Source: Amylibacter sp.
GTDB taxonomy: Bacteria > Pseudomonadota > Alphaproteobacteria > Rhodobacterales > Rhodobacteraceae
Length of the DNA stretch: 64,000 nt
Reading direction: 5' to 3'
Assembly: GCA_037625035.1 (NCBI GenBank)
Contig: JASJIO010000030.1
Span: forward strand, 11,778-75,777
Part shown: piece after piece, positions 1 to 10,447 of the stretch
Position numbering within the stretch: position 1 is the first letter of the stretch
Layout: each line of letters begins with the position of its first letter
Notes under the pieces: generated by a model
Told to the model about the DNA's origin: nothing
Seen by the model: the letters and a program-made list of their open reading frames with translations, nothing else
Databases searched by the model: none
Translations under genes and position numbers: made by a program

Positions 1-734
1 AAATACGCGAAGGGTTGCACTGTGCTTGCCTCCACTTTTTCATAGGCTTTGATCAACAAGTAATGCCCCGACGCGCCTATCACGCACAGTAGCGCCATCC
101 ACCACCAATCTGGTCCCGCCATTGGCTCCCAGTAGTGCGGCCCGATGACGGTCATGATTACAAACCCGCCAAGGCCGGTCCAAAAGAAGCTGGTCGCGGC
201 ATTGTCCTTGGCCGCCGCCAACCGTGTTAGAAGGTTATAAAGCGCGAACAGAACCGCTCCGCCAATGGCAATTAAGGCGTAGGGCGAAAACACTTTGAAC
301 CCCGGTTGCAGGATTATCAGCATCCCAACAAACCCGATTGAAATCGCGCCCCAGCGCCGCCAACCGACAGACTCGCCCAACACTGGTCCAGACAACGCTG
401 CCACCATCAAGGGGTAAATTGCGAAAATGGCATGGGCTTCGATCAGGCCGAGATAGGTGAACGCCAGAACCGTCACAAGTATTTCGAGGGCCAGCAAAAC
501 GCCGCGAATGAGCTGTAAGATGGGTTGTTGGGTACGCGCAGTCGCCATAACGCTGCCGCTTCGAATGCGCGACACGGAGACGACAAAAAACAGAAAAAAC
601 CAGTAGCGGATCATCACGATCATAAAGACGTTGTAACTTTCGGCTAGATGGCGCGAAATGCCGTCCTGAACCGCGAAAATAAACGTGGCGACCACCATCA
701 GCCAAATACCCGCGCGTGCATTCGCCTGTGTCAT
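1..734 (-). CDS. DMT (EamA-like) family transporter; C-terminus runs off the window
   Basis: Absent from the ORF track because it is open at the window edge. Manual translation from ATG 734..732 gives MTQANARAGIWLMVVATFIFAVQDGISRHLAE... and stays open to nt 1. It has many hydrophobic helices. Its start overlaps the stop of the upstream gene (ATGA). Confidence 0.7.
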   Translation of the reverse strand, partial: MTQANARAGIWLMVVATFIFAVQDGISRHLAESYNVFMIVMIRYWFFLFFVVSVSRIRSGSVMATARTQQPILQLIRGVLLALEILVTVLAFTYLGLIEAHAIFAIYPLMVAALSGPVLGESVGWRRWGAISIGFVGMLIILQPGFKVFSPYALIAIGGAVLFALYNLLTRLAAAKDNAATSFFWTGLGGFVIMTVIGPHYWEPMAGPDWWWMALLCVIGASGHYLLIKAYEKVEASTVQPFAY

Positions 735-1408
735 GCCAAAACTCCGCGCGTCATGTGGCGTTTGCGTCCGAACCCTTTGATCCGTTCCACTGTGAACCCT
801 GCTGCGGCCAGTGATTGGCGCACGTGGCCCACTGCGGTGTAGGTTGCGAATGTTCCGTTTGGTGCGGTGTGTTTGCCCACTTCAGCCATTAAATCAGCGC
901 CCCACAGTTCTGGGTTTTTTGCAGGTGAAAATCCATCCAAAAACCACGCATCCGCCGCTCCGTCCCAATCGGTCAAAGTTTCGCGCGCATCACCACTGAT
1001 TACTCGCGCATCCAACGTTTCTGACTGTGCAATTCCAGCATCTTCATCCCAAATTTGTGCAAACGCATCTGCTTGCTTCTCCAATTCAGGCCATGCAGAT
1101 TGCGCCAACGCCATATCCGCAGGCGTCATCGGGAATGCCTCAAAACTCGTGTATTTCAGCGGTGTCGAATGCCCCGCATCCAACCATGCTTTCCATGTAC
1201 ACAACAGGTTCAGCCCTGACCCGAATCCCAGTTCTGCCACATGAAAATCTGCGGCAAAACGCACTGGCAGATCGTTGCCACCCAGAAACACAAATTCCGT
1301 TTCCGCCATTCCGTTATCAAGCGAAAAATACGGGTCATCGAAACGCAGCGCGATCGGGATTTTCCCGTCTCGCCATTCCAACTTTGCATATTCAATCTGG
1401 TCGCTCAT
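731..1408 (-). CDS. SAM-dependent tRNA mnm5s2U34 methyltransferase; stand-alone homologue of the MnmC methyltransferase domain (DUF752-like)
   Basis: 225-aa ORF. Motifs VAELGFGSGLN and DAWFLDGFSPAKNPELW are typical of the MnmC methyltransferase half. It is divergent from an FAD oxidoreductase. Confidence 0.7.
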   Translation of the reverse strand: MSDQIEYAKLEWRDGKIPIALRFDDPYFSLDNGMAETEFVFLGGNDLPVRFAADFHVAELGFGSGLNLLCTWKAWLDAGHSTPLKYTSFEAFPMTPADMALAQSAWPELEKQADAFAQIWDEDAGIAQSETLDARVISGDARETLTDWDGAADAWFLDGFSPAKNPELWGADLMAEVGKHTAPNGTFATYTAVGHVRQSLAAAGFTVERIKGFGRKRHMTRGVLA

Positions 1409-1451
1409 GCCCCAATGCTCTAGGTCATGATGCGAACAAGGGGAAGTCGCA

Positions 1452-2528
1452 ATGCGCGTGATCGTGGTTGGTGCTGGAATATGGGGATTGGGCTGCGCCT
1501 ATGCATGCGCACGTCGTGGCGACGAAGTTTCCGTTTACGATGCAGGCCATGTTGGTGATGGTTCAAGTGGCGGAATTGTCGGCGCATTGGCGCCGTATGT
1601 GCCCGATGAATGGACCCACAAAAAGCAATACCAGTTTGAGGCTTTGGACACCGCCGATGCATTTTGGGAAATGGTGGATGCCCTTTCGGGTTTGGCGTCA
1701 GGATATGGGCGCATCGGTCGCTTGCAGCCCTTATTGACGCCAAAGGCAGTTGCGCTCGCACATGCCCGCGAGGTTTCCGCACAAGAATTATGGCAAGGAC
1801 GGTTTGAATGGCGCGTTGAACCCCGCCCCGATACAATGACCGAACGCGCAGCCCCTTTGGGTGTGGTCCATGATACGTTATCCGCCCGCATCCACCCTGC
1901 AAAAGCAACGGCATCTTTGGAGGCCGCCTGCCAAGCATTGGGCGTGACCTTGTTCGAAAACCATCCCGTCACGTGTATTTCTGATAATGCCATTTCTGGG
2001 CAGTGGGGCAAAGCCAGCGCAGACGCCGTGGTCGTTGCAGCAGGGGTTGCAGGCTTTGACATGATCGCACCTTACACGCCGTTGCATCCAGGGTCAGGCG
2101 TAAAGGGGCAAGCCGCCGTTTTAGGCGCAGATATGACGGGCCATCCGCAGATCTATGCAGACGGTGTTTACATTATTCCACATGCAGATGGCGCAGTCGC
2201 CGTTGGTTCCACATCGGAAAAAACTTGGGCAACGGATGGCATTGATGAACAACTCGATGCTGTTATCACAAAGGCCCGCGCCATTTGCCCGATTTTGGAA
2301 AACGCACCCGTGCAACAAAGTTGGTCAGGCATCCGACCAAAGGCGCGGCGGCGTGATCCGATGTTGGGCCCAGTTCCAAACCTCAAGGGCGTTTACACGG
2401 CCCTCGGCGCATTCAAAATCGGCTTTGGGTTATCGCATAAAATCGGTGAAACCATTGCCAGTCAAATCCGCGATGAACCCGTCGATATCCCCGACTGTTT
2501 CATGCTTGATTGGCACATGGTCAAGTAG
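1452..2528 (+). CDS. FAD-dependent oxidoreductase (DAO family; MnmC oxidoreductase-domain or glycine-oxidase-like)
   Basis: 358 aa. N-terminal Rossmann motif MRVIVVGAGIWGLGCA. DAO-type C-terminus. Confidence 0.7.
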   Translation: MRVIVVGAGIWGLGCAYACARRGDEVSVYDAGHVGDGSSGGIVGALAPYVPDEWTHKKQYQFEALDTADAFWEMVDALSGLASGYGRIGRLQPLLTPKAVALAHAREVSAQELWQGRFEWRVEPRPDTMTERAAPLGVVHDTLSARIHPAKATASLEAACQALGVTLFENHPVTCISDNAISGQWGKASADAVVVAAGVAGFDMIAPYTPLHPGSGVKGQAAVLGADMTGHPQIYADGVYIIPHADGAVAVGSTSEKTWATDGIDEQLDAVITKARAICPILENAPVQQSWSGIRPKARRRDPMLGPVPNLKGVYTALGAFKIGFGLSHKIGETIASQIRDEPVDIPDCFMLDWHMVK

Positions 2529-3333
2529 CGGTTGCGCTTAAACACATCCGCCCATCAGGGCCACGCGCCCAGAGCGAAATTCCCTCTGAGTCGGGCCTTG
2601 CACAAAACGCAGCCTCTTCGAAATCAAACAGTGGTGCCGTTGCTCGAAAGCGGAATGTTTTAACCGTTCCAAGCAGGCTTTGCGCCAAGTTCAAAAGGTT
2701 TTGGGCAAGCAGAGGGCCGTGCACGATAAGACCCTCGTATCCTTCCACATTCATCGCATAGTCGCGGTCATAATGGATGCGATGGCCGTTGAAAGTTAAC
2801 GCAGAATATCGAAACAAATCGGTGCTGGTATACCTGCGCGTTTGCTTGACAGTTTCATCTGTTGGCACGACCGGAGGCACGGGCTTTGGGGTATTCAGAT
2901 CCGCATCGCCGCGATAAATCAGCGACTGTTCTTCGGTAACACACACGCGGCCGTCTTGCGATATTTCATGGCGCAAAGTCACAATTGCCAGCGCTCCCGT
3001 CCACGCATCTTTACGCGCTACATTCACAATCTCGGTCTTTTTCAGTGCTGATTGCCCGATGATCAATGGCGTATCAAATTGCAGATTTCCACCCGCCCAC
3101 ATGCGGCGCGGTAGGCCCAAATCTGGAATGAAATCACCCGTGCGCGGATGCCCATCACGGCCCAATTCAGCGGGACGTAGACCCTCCCAGAAGTAGGCGT
3201 AATGCCAGAATGGCGGCAACGCATCGCCTGCGCCAGGTGGTGGCCCTGCCAAATCTAACATCGCGTGCATTGCGCCAGCGCGTGCAGGATCCAACTGATC
3301 AGTAACTTGTTTAGATTTCCCAATATTGTCCAT
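2521..3333 (-). CDS. MaoC/HTD2-like double hot-dog hydratase
   Basis: 270 aa. PPFWHYAYF... and ...HRIHYDRDYA..EGY.GLIVHGPL motifs resemble the HTD2/MaoC dehydratase family. Confidence 0.55.
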   Translation of the reverse strand: MDNIGKSKQVTDQLDPARAGAMHAMLDLAGPPPGAGDALPPFWHYAYFWEGLRPAELGRDGHPRTGDFIPDLGLPRRMWAGGNLQFDTPLIIGQSALKKTEIVNVARKDAWTGALAIVTLRHEISQDGRVCVTEEQSLIYRGDADLNTPKPVPPVVPTDETVKQTRRYTSTDLFRYSALTFNGHRIHYDRDYAMNVEGYEGLIVHGPLLAQNLLNLAQSLLGTVKTFRFRATAPLFDFEEAAFCARPDSEGISLWARGPDGRMCLSATAT

Positions 3334-3398
3334 AATGCTATTCTTGGCTCAGAAACAACGTTATACGCAAGAGGGATCAACCAGATGAGGATCAAATT

Positions 3399-3791
3399 GT
3401 GAAAGTTACGGCCATTGATCATTTCGTTCTTACTGTTGCCGACATCGGGCGCACGGTGGCATTTTATACGGATGTTCTGGGAATGACGGCGCAGTCGTTT
3501 GCTGTCGCTGATGGGTCTACGCGAACAGCACTTTTTTTTGGTATTCAGAAAATAAACCTGCATTCGGTCAACACGCCCTTTGTTCCACATGCGGGCAAAC
3601 CGATGACTGGCACGGCTGATCTGTGCCTTTTGGCAACGGATACATTGGCCGAATGGATAGATCATATCACTACATTGGAAATTGGAATTCTAGAAGGCCC
3701 CGTCGCAAGAACGGGTGCACAAGGGCCAATCACGTCTATTTACCTACGCGACCCTGATCAAAATTTGATCGAGATTTCGACGTATGACTGA
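3399..3791 (+). CDS. VOC (glyoxalase/bleomycin-resistance/dioxygenase) family protein
   Basis: 130 aa. IDHFVLTVADIGRTVAFYTDVLGM is a typical VOC N-terminus. GTG start. Confidence 0.8.
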   Translation: MKVTAIDHFVLTVADIGRTVAFYTDVLGMTAQSFAVADGSTRTALFFGIQKINLHSVNTPFVPHAGKPMTGTADLCLLATDTLAEWIDHITTLEIGILEGPVARTGAQGPITSIYLRDPDQNLIEISTYD

Positions 3792-4533
3792 CCTCCTTTC
3801 GCGATTAGACATCAGCTTAACTGTTTGGCTCACTTGCTTTTTTACCGTCACACTTTCATCAGGCATCCAGCGGCTTTCTGGCCAAGCCTTTGGCATAGTT
3901 GCGGCCCCACTCATCGCACTTGTCGCGCCGCAATTCTTACCCGCAGGTCTCTTGTTGCTTGGAATCACAGTCGGCCTAACGTCTACAACGGTGGATTTTT
4001 CCGCGCTCACCCGCGCCGAAATCATCCCCGGTTTCTTTGGCCGTGCCTTGGGCGCAGTGATCGCTGCAATGATCGCAGCGTCGATCACCAACGTTGACTT
4101 GATCGCTGGATTAACAGGCATGGCTGTGCTCATTGGCATCGCGCTCAGCCTTTCAGGATTACGCATTGCGATCCGCCCTATCAGCCTGGTCATCGCAGGG
4201 ATTACCGCAGGGCTTATGGGAACAATCACCGCAGTTGGCGCGCCGCCAATGTCGTTATTGTACCAATACGAGCCCGCCAAACGCGCCCGCGCGATGCAAA
4301 ACGCATTCTTCTTTTGGGGGATGTGCGTGTCCGTTCTCGCACTAACTTGGCAGGGATTGATCACGTCAAAACACTTGATCTTTGCGGCCAGTTTACTACC
4401 CGCCATCGTCCTTGGCTTAGCGGTTTCAATGCCACTTGCAAAACGATTGGAACGCCATGCAATTCGGCCCTACGCGCTGGTTCTTTCGATCATTGCAGCA
4501 ACCACGTTGATCGCGCGATTGCTGCTGAATTGA
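3784..4533 (+). CDS. TauE/SafE (TSUP, DUF81) family membrane transporter
   Basis: 249 aa and highly hydrophobic, with about 7-8 helices. Overlaps the VOC gene by 8 nt. Confidence 0.65.
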   Translation: MTDLLSRLDISLTVWLTCFFTVTLSSGIQRLSGQAFGIVAAPLIALVAPQFLPAGLLLLGITVGLTSTTVDFSALTRAEIIPGFFGRALGAVIAAMIAASITNVDLIAGLTGMAVLIGIALSLSGLRIAIRPISLVIAGITAGLMGTITAVGAPPMSLLYQYEPAKRARAMQNAFFFWGMCVSVLALTWQGLITSKHLIFAASLLPAIVLGLAVSMPLAKRLERHAIRPYALVLSIIAATTLIARLLLN

Positions 4534-6759
4534 TTATTTCTTACGACGGCGGCCTTTAACAATTTTGCGACCTTTGTGTTTGATCCGGCTGCGCTTGCCA
4601 CTGTCGGATTTCGGCATCGACTTTCCGCCAACTTCCAACAACTCTAGCAGCAAACCACCCGTCAATGGCATGGCCTCGGCCAAACGCACAGTGGCTGGCA
4701 TCCCAACAGAAATTACGCGGCCTGAACGCTCGCCCGTTAGTGATTTCATTTCGTCGTTATAGACCCAATATTCGCGGCCCAAAGACGACAAGGGAATCAT
4801 CCCATCCGCACCAGATTCGTCCAGTTTCACGAACAAGCCAAAACGTGCGATTCCTGAAACACGGCCCAGAAATTCATTCCCGACCCGTTCGGACAGAAAC
4901 GCCGCGAGATACCGATCCGTGGTATCACGCTCCGCCAACATGGATCGTCGTTCCGTCTGGGAAATCCATTCGCCCGTTTCTTGCATTTGTTCCACGTCTT
5001 CGGGCAAAATTCCGTCGTCGCCCCAACCATGCGCTTGGATCAATGCGCGGTGCACAATCAGATCGGCATAACGGCGAATGGGTGATGTGAAATGCGCGTA
5101 ACGGCGCAGATTCAACCCGAAATGCCCCATGTTTTGCGTCCCATAATACGCCTGTGTCATCGAACGCAGCACGGTCATGTTGATGACCTCTGCGTCCTCT
5201 GTTCCTGCCGCTGCATTCAACAAATTGTTCAGATGCATCGTCTTCAGCACCTGTCCTTTGGCCAATTGCAAACCGACGCTATCCGCCGTTTCACGCAATG
5301 TTTCCAGCTTCTCGGGCGAAGGTTCTTCGTGCACGCGGTACAAGAACGGACGCTGCTTTTGTTCCAGCGTTTCGGCCGCACACACGTTGGCCATAACCAT
5401 GAATTCTTCGACCAATTTATGCGCATCGAACCGATCACGGAATGCCACGCTCATAACCTGTCCTTCGTCGGACAAAATGACCTTGCGTTCTGGCAGATCG
5501 AGGTTCAGCGGTTGGCGTTCATTTCGCGCTTTCGTGGCGCTTGCGTAAGCTGCAAACAAATCCGCGATTGGCCCTGCCAGTGGTTTCGTCACATCATCAA
5601 ACCTGCCATCCGCCGCCGCTTGCGCCTGTTCATAAGACAACGACGCAGGCGAACGCATCAGACCACGGTGAAATTCATGTTCCAGCCGCTTGCCCGCAGA
5701 ATTTAGAACAATCCGCAGGGCCAAACAGGCACGATCCACACCTTCATGCAGGGAACACAAATCACCCGACAAGGCATCGGGTAGCATCGGAACAACACGA
5801 TCAGGGAAATAGCTGGAATTGCCGCGTTTGCGCGCCTCTTTGTCCAACTGCGAGCCAGGCCGCACGTAATGCGCCACGTCTGCAATCGCGACCCAAACGA
5901 TGTGGCCGTCTGCGTTTTTTGGGTCATCATCAGGCAGCGCACAAATCGCATCATCGTGGTCGCGTGCATCTGACGGATCAATCGTGAACAACGGCAAATG
6001 ACACATATCGGTGCGTTTGCCCAAGGCGACAGGTTCCGCTGCCTCTGCCTCCACAATCACATCGTCCGGGAAATGATCGGGAATGCCATGTTGATGGATT
6101 GCGATAAGCGAGATAGATCTTGGCGCCATCGGATCGCCCAAAACCTCGACGATGCGAACCTTGGCCAAGCCTGCGTGGCGCTGTTTGCCCAGCTGTTCTG
6201 CCTCGACCAATTCGCCGTCTTTGGCGCCAGCTGTTTCACCAGCTGGCACGATAGATTCGCGATCTGATTTTTTATCAACAGGCATCAATCGCCCGCCTTC
6301 TGATCCAACGCGGTAGATCCCCAACAGGCGTTGTGGGCCTGATCCGATGCGGCGGATTAAACGGGCCTCGTATTCGAAATCTTCGTCTGTGGAGGGCGAA
6401 AGTCGTGCCAGAATTTGATCGTTTGCGCCCAGCGCAGGGTCGCCTTTTTGCGACATAATCAGAATGCGCGGCGAATCGCCTTCGCCTTTCCATTCCAACG
6501 GTTTTGCCGTTAGATCACCGTTCGCATCAGGCGCAAGCACCATCAATACTGATACGGGCGGCAATTCATCCGATCCGCTGTAGGTGCGGCGCTTCTTTGC
6601 AAGAAGGCCATCTGCCGTCAGCTCTTTGAGCATCCGTTTCAGCTCAATTCGATCGCTACCCTTGATCCCAAACGCACGACCCACGTCGCGTTTATTGGTT
6701 TTGCCGGGGTTCTCTTTGATCCAGTCTAGGATCTGTTCTTTGGTCGGTATTTGTTTCAT
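4534..6759 (-). CDS. rnr: Ribonuclease R
   Basis: About 741 aa. It has an RNB catalytic core (DPSDARDHDDA, FTSPIRRYADL), a C-terminal S1 domain and a basic tail. ATG 6759 is preferred over the track's TTG 6768. Confidence 0.9.
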   Translation of the reverse strand: MKQIPTKEQILDWIKENPGKTNKRDVGRAFGIKGSDRIELKRMLKELTADGLLAKKRRTYSGSDELPPVSVLMVLAPDANGDLTAKPLEWKGEGDSPRILIMSQKGDPALGANDQILARLSPSTDEDFEYEARLIRRIGSGPQRLLGIYRVGSEGGRLMPVDKKSDRESIVPAGETAGAKDGELVEAEQLGKQRHAGLAKVRIVEVLGDPMAPRSISLIAIHQHGIPDHFPDDVIVEAEAAEPVALGKRTDMCHLPLFTIDPSDARDHDDAICALPDDDPKNADGHIVWVAIADVAHYVRPGSQLDKEARKRGNSSYFPDRVVPMLPDALSGDLCSLHEGVDRACLALRIVLNSAGKRLEHEFHRGLMRSPASLSYEQAQAAADGRFDDVTKPLAGPIADLFAAYASATKARNERQPLNLDLPERKVILSDEGQVMSVAFRDRFDAHKLVEEFMVMANVCAAETLEQKQRPFLYRVHEEPSPEKLETLRETADSVGLQLAKGQVLKTMHLNNLLNAAAGTEDAEVINMTVLRSMTQAYYGTQNMGHFGLNLRRYAHFTSPIRRYADLIVHRALIQAHGWGDDGILPEDVEQMQETGEWISQTERRSMLAERDTTDRYLAAFLSERVGNEFLGRVSGIARFGLFVKLDESGADGMIPLSSLGREYWVYNDEMKSLTGERSGRVISVGMPATVRLAEAMPLTGGLLLELLEVGGKSMPKSDSGKRSRIKHKGRKIVKGRRRKK

Positions 6760-6790
6760 GCCCCCCAATTATCATGGAGGGCATGAAACG
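6753..6790 (-). promoter_or_regulatory. Stem-loop that sequesters the rnr Shine-Dalgarno-like G-run and start codon
   Basis: 14-nt arms with one mismatch: GTTTCATGCCCCCC (6753-6766) pairs with GGAGGGCATGAAAC (6777-6790), with a 10-nt loop. The 3' arm in the mRNA is GGGGGGCAUGAAAC and contains the AUG. Confidence 0.4.
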
Positions 6791-6817
6791 TCATTGCCAA
6801 TCGTTCACGGGTGTTGA

Positions 6818-7823
6818 TTAAGCCTCGCTTACCGAAATGGGCGCAGGTATGGCGCTATATGCCAGCACAAATGCCCCAAGCACACCCGACATTAGCGAAC
6901 CAACCAACACGCCCAAACGGACAAGGTTTTGGTGTTCAACGTCTTCAAACGCCAGCCCACCAATGAACAGCGACATGGTAAAACCGATACCCGCCAACAG
7001 CGATGCGCCGTACAATTTGTGATATGTGATGCTGTCAGGTTTAATCGCGAGGCCCGCTTTAATCGCAACCCAAGGATGCAGCGCATGTTCGTAGTCTTGC
7101 AGCAACGAGCTCCCGTCTTTGCCAGGGGCCAACGGGATTGCAAACCCAAGCGCAACACCCGCAAGCGTGGCATGCACACCTGATTTCAGCACCGAAGCCC
7201 AAAGGATCAAGCTGAGGATAATGTAGGGCGCACCTTTGGTAACGCCCGTGCGGTTTAGGATAACCAAACCAGCCAAAGCCATCCCAGCAACCGTCAACGC
7301 GTAGAACGACAAAAATGATGTAAAAAACACCGCGATAATCATGATCCCGGCCAAGTCATCGACCACTGCCAACGCTAGCAAGAACGTTTTCAACTTGGAC
7401 GGAATTCGATCCCCAGCAAAGCAAGAACACCCAGTGCAAACACAATATCTGTGGCGGCAGGGATCGCCCAATCGCGCGCCTCGGCGGTGTCGATGCCAAC
7501 GATGGCGACAAAGACCAGGGCGGGGGCAACGATCCCGCCGATTGCTCCGTAAACAGGCAACGCCGCGCGGGACCAAGTGGACAACGCCTCGCGAATGACC
7601 TCGCGTTTAATTTCCAACGCAACAAGGAAAAAGAAGATCGCCATCAACCCGTCATTGATCCACAACAACAGTGGTTTTGAAATTTTGAAATCGCCAATCG
7701 CGACGGTCGTTTTCAAGTTTAGCAACGCATCATAAATCGGCGCTAAAAACCGATATTTTCAAAAAGCAAACCTAGCAAAGCACCAATTGCAAGGGAGATA
7801 CCCCCTGCCACTTCTGCTGACAT
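6818..7823 (-). pseudogene. nhaA: Na+/H+ antiporter NhaA, inactivated
   Basis: Three frame-separated pieces match NhaA ([50 protein letters not shown]). There are 1-nt deletions at the A5 run 7745-7749 and the C4 run 7411-7414 (plus-strand view). About 51 codons are missing in frame near 7064, judged against my recollection of E. coli NhaA. Confidence 0.8.
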
Positions 7824-7940
7824 CCCAAAACCCGCGTAGCCATTGAATTCTCCTATTTTGGCGTGCACTTGCACCAAGTTTAGGGCGATTTTGAAGGCTT
7901 CAAGATAAACATGACAAAATTACTTATGTATGAGACATAA

Positions 7941-8531
7941 TTACGCAGGACGAAGGCGATTGAGGTCCTCAAACGTGTCGATATCCTGCAAAACGTCAAT
8001 CTTCGCGATAGACAAAGAACCTAGTGTTTGAAGCGTGTCTTGCAGCGCAAATTCACTGCTCCACCGTACATTATCAAACAGTGTATTTGGCACAGCACGC
8101 ATATTTTTCAGGCCGATCAACCAAAACCCGCCATCTGGTGCAGGCCCGATTACAGCGTCATGATTGCCCAGCGCGCGGAATGCTTTCGCAATCAAAAGTG
8201 GTGAAATATCTGGGATATCTGCCCCGACAATCACCACAGGACCAGCGGGCGCAGATCGAAAAATACGCGCCATGCGATCCCCTAAATTGCCAGTTCCTTG
8301 CGGCTGACGAATTACAGACGGGGGCCAAACACGGCTCGCAATTCCCTCCGCATCAGGGGACACCGCCAGCATCGTCTGCCAACGCCGATCAACTGACAAT
8401 CGCAGGATCAGTTTCTTGGTTTGATGACGAAACCACCACGCCGCGCGCGTATGGCCCAGATCCCGACCCAACCGCGTTTTCACACGTCCCGGATGGGGTT
8501 CCTTCACCATGATGTACAGCTGCGGCGTCAC
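7941..8531 (-). CDS. DUF2064 / TIGR04282-type glycosyltransferase-like protein
   Basis: 196 aa. [14 protein letters not shown]... and GADIPDI...[11 protein letters not shown] motifs. The GTG start overlaps the dapE stop (GTGA). Confidence 0.55.
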   Translation of the reverse strand: MTPQLYIMVKEPHPGRVKTRLGRDLGHTRAAWWFRHQTKKLILRLSVDRRWQTMLAVSPDAEGIASRVWPPSVIRQPQGTGNLGDRMARIFRSAPAGPVVIVGADIPDISPLLIAKAFRALGNHDAVIGPAPDGGFWLIGLKNMRAVPNTLFDNVRWSSEFALQDTLQTLGSLSIAKIDVLQDIDTFEDLNRLRPA

Positions 8532-9679
8532 GCGAAATAGTCAGTGAGGATGCGTGTATAGATGGATTTCAACTGATGGATTTGCGCCACTTCAACACGT
8601 TCGTCCACTTGGTGCATGGTTTTCCCAACCAGCCCAAATTCTACGACGGGGCAATGGTCTTTTACAAACCGCGCATCGGATGTACCGCCCGTTGTGGACA
8701 TCTCTGGCTCTACCCCGGTTTCAGCCTTCACCGACTTTGCGATCAAGGCTGACAATTCGCCGGGGGGCGTGAAAAAACTCTCGCCTGATACTTGTGTTTT
8801 CATATCAAATTCGATGTCGAATAGGGCGGCAACACCCTGCATTTCGCGCGTCAGCCATTTTATCAAAACCTGCGACGACCACGTATCGTTGAAGCGAATG
8901 TTCACCGTTGATCGACACTGCGCTGGGATCACGTTGTTTGCGGTATTGCCCGTATCGATTGTGGTCACTGCCAAAGTAGACGGATCAAAATGTTGCGTCC
9001 CGTCATCCAGCGAGTGCGCCGCCAAAGTTGCCATCAATTGCGCCATCGCAGGCAGCGGATTTTTCGCGCGGTGCGGATAGGCCGAATGTCCCTGCACGCC
9101 AGTCGCCGTGAAATACGCGGTCATCGAGCCACGACGCCCAATTTTCATCATCTCGCCCATTGTATTTGGGCATGTTGGTTCACCCACAAGACAATGATCA
9201 ATCCGTTCATTGTTGGCAGCCATCCAATCCAACAGCGCGACAGTTCCATCAAGCGCGACGCCTTCTTCATCCCCAGTGATTGCCAGAACAATCGAGCCGT
9301 CAGGCGGAGTGTTTGCTACAAAATCAATCGCAGCAGCCGCGAACGCGGCAACGCCAGACTTCATGTCCGTGGCGCCACGCCCATACATAAACCCGTCTTT
9401 GATTTCTGCACCAAAGGGATCAACGCTCCATGCGGCGGCGTCTCCAACTGGTACAACATCTGTATGCCCATTAAACCCGAACGTGCGCCCGTTGGCACCC
9501 TGCCCCCAGCGGGCAAAAAGGTTGGATACGTCGCCGCGATCCGCGCGGCTGCATGTAAATCCAGCGTCGGATAATACCCGCTCCAATAAGACCAATGCGC
9601 CCCCTTCTATCGGTGTGACAGAGGCACATTTAATCAAATCTGCAGTAAGCTGTGCGGGATCAACGGGCGAATGTGGCAT
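8528..9679 (-). CDS. dapE: Succinyl-diaminopimelate desuccinylase
   Basis: 383 aa, M20 peptidase. GHTDVVP, TGDEEG and GTSDARF motifs. The length is typical of DapE. Confidence 0.9.
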   Translation of the reverse strand: MPHSPVDPAQLTADLIKCASVTPIEGGALVLLERVLSDAGFTCSRADRGDVSNLFARWGQGANGRTFGFNGHTDVVPVGDAAAWSVDPFGAEIKDGFMYGRGATDMKSGVAAFAAAAIDFVANTPPDGSIVLAITGDEEGVALDGTVALLDWMAANNERIDHCLVGEPTCPNTMGEMMKIGRRGSMTAYFTATGVQGHSAYPHRAKNPLPAMAQLMATLAAHSLDDGTQHFDPSTLAVTTIDTGNTANNVIPAQCRSTVNIRFNDTWSSQVLIKWLTREMQGVAALFDIEFDMKTQVSGESFFTPPGELSALIAKSVKAETGVEPEMSTTGGTSDARFVKDHCPVVEFGLVGKTMHQVDERVEVAQIHQLKSIYTRILTDYFA

Positions 9680-9730
9680 GGGGAAACTCCTTTGCCGCCA
9701 GAGTTATCGCGCCACCCGCGCCGCTGCAAG

Positions 9731-10447
9731 TCAGCGTCGTTTAAAATCGCGACTTACGGTGCCTTTGAAACAGCGTGGAAAGAACGTATAGCTGTCTGTC
9801 ACGAAATAGACATAGGTTCCATTCACCATGCTACCGTTGCATTCATCCAAATTTCCAGCGCCTTTTGCATAGCTCCAATCTTGCACATACGCGCCATCAA
9901 AGCTGCCGTATGGCGCGGTGGGTCGTTTGCCAGAATTCAAAACATAAGATGAATTTGCCTTGCTGGCGACATAATGGATTTCAAATCGATCTGCCGCAGA
10001 TCCCATCAATGATTTTCCATTAATGTTGATCAACGCCGCTGGCATCCCGTGATAATGATACACGCCACGATTATCGACATACGTGTTATTTGCATCAATG
10101 CCAAGCTGCTGCGAACTGCCCATGCCTTCCGAATTCCAACCAGAAGCGCGATCACGACTGAACCCGCGACGGCTGCTTGCATCAAACCAATCCGCGGTTC
10201 CTGGGCGAATGATGATGCCGGTCAGCGTAACCCCTGAAACTGGAACACCACCGACTGTTTTACCTGTCAACGCGGGCGTGGCATCGACACAAAGCGAAAC
10301 TTTGCGGGCTTTAAAGCTGTTTGGGTTGCCCTTATTTGGGAACTGCCCGATGGCGTGGTTCGGCGTTCCATTCGATTTGATACATCGCTGATCGCCCCAC
10401 ACTTTCATCGAAACTTGATTGGATTGGGATGCGCCTGCCAACAACAA
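9731..10447 (-). CDS. YHYH-domain secreted protein; the start is disrupted (see finding)
   Basis: Contains GVYHYHGMP. The in-frame upstream sequence encodes a signal-peptide-like KTFAVTISIFALAAASLLLAGA, but the SD-preceded ATG at 10500 is one frame off across an A6 run. Confidence 0.6.
   Translation of the reverse strand: MLLAGASQSNQVSMKVWGDQRCIKSNGTPNHAIGQFPNKGNPNSFKARKVSLCVDATPALTGKTVGGVPVSGVTLTGIIIRPGTADWFDASSRRGFSRDRASGWNSEGMGSSQQLGIDANNTYVDNRGVYHYHGMPAALININGKSLMGSAADRFEIHYVASKANSSYVLNSGKRPTAPYGSFDGAYVQDWSYAKGAGNLDECNGSMVNGTYVYFVTDSYTFFPRCFKGTVSRDFKRR

Noticed and set aside
235-705. 156-aa minus-strand ORF from the track at the window start.
   Set aside because: It is out of frame with the convincing DMT-transporter reading (ATG 734 to nt 1) on the same strand. 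Its sequence is Arg-rich with no membrane or domain features.
731-2528. Split, divergently transcribed MnmC-like methyltransferase and FAD oxidoreductase, considered as a possible novelty.
   Set aside because: Stand-alone MnmC-domain homologues are, to my knowledge, common outside the Enterobacteria. The oxidoreductase could equally be a generic DAO-family enzyme. Nothing in the sequence is unusual.
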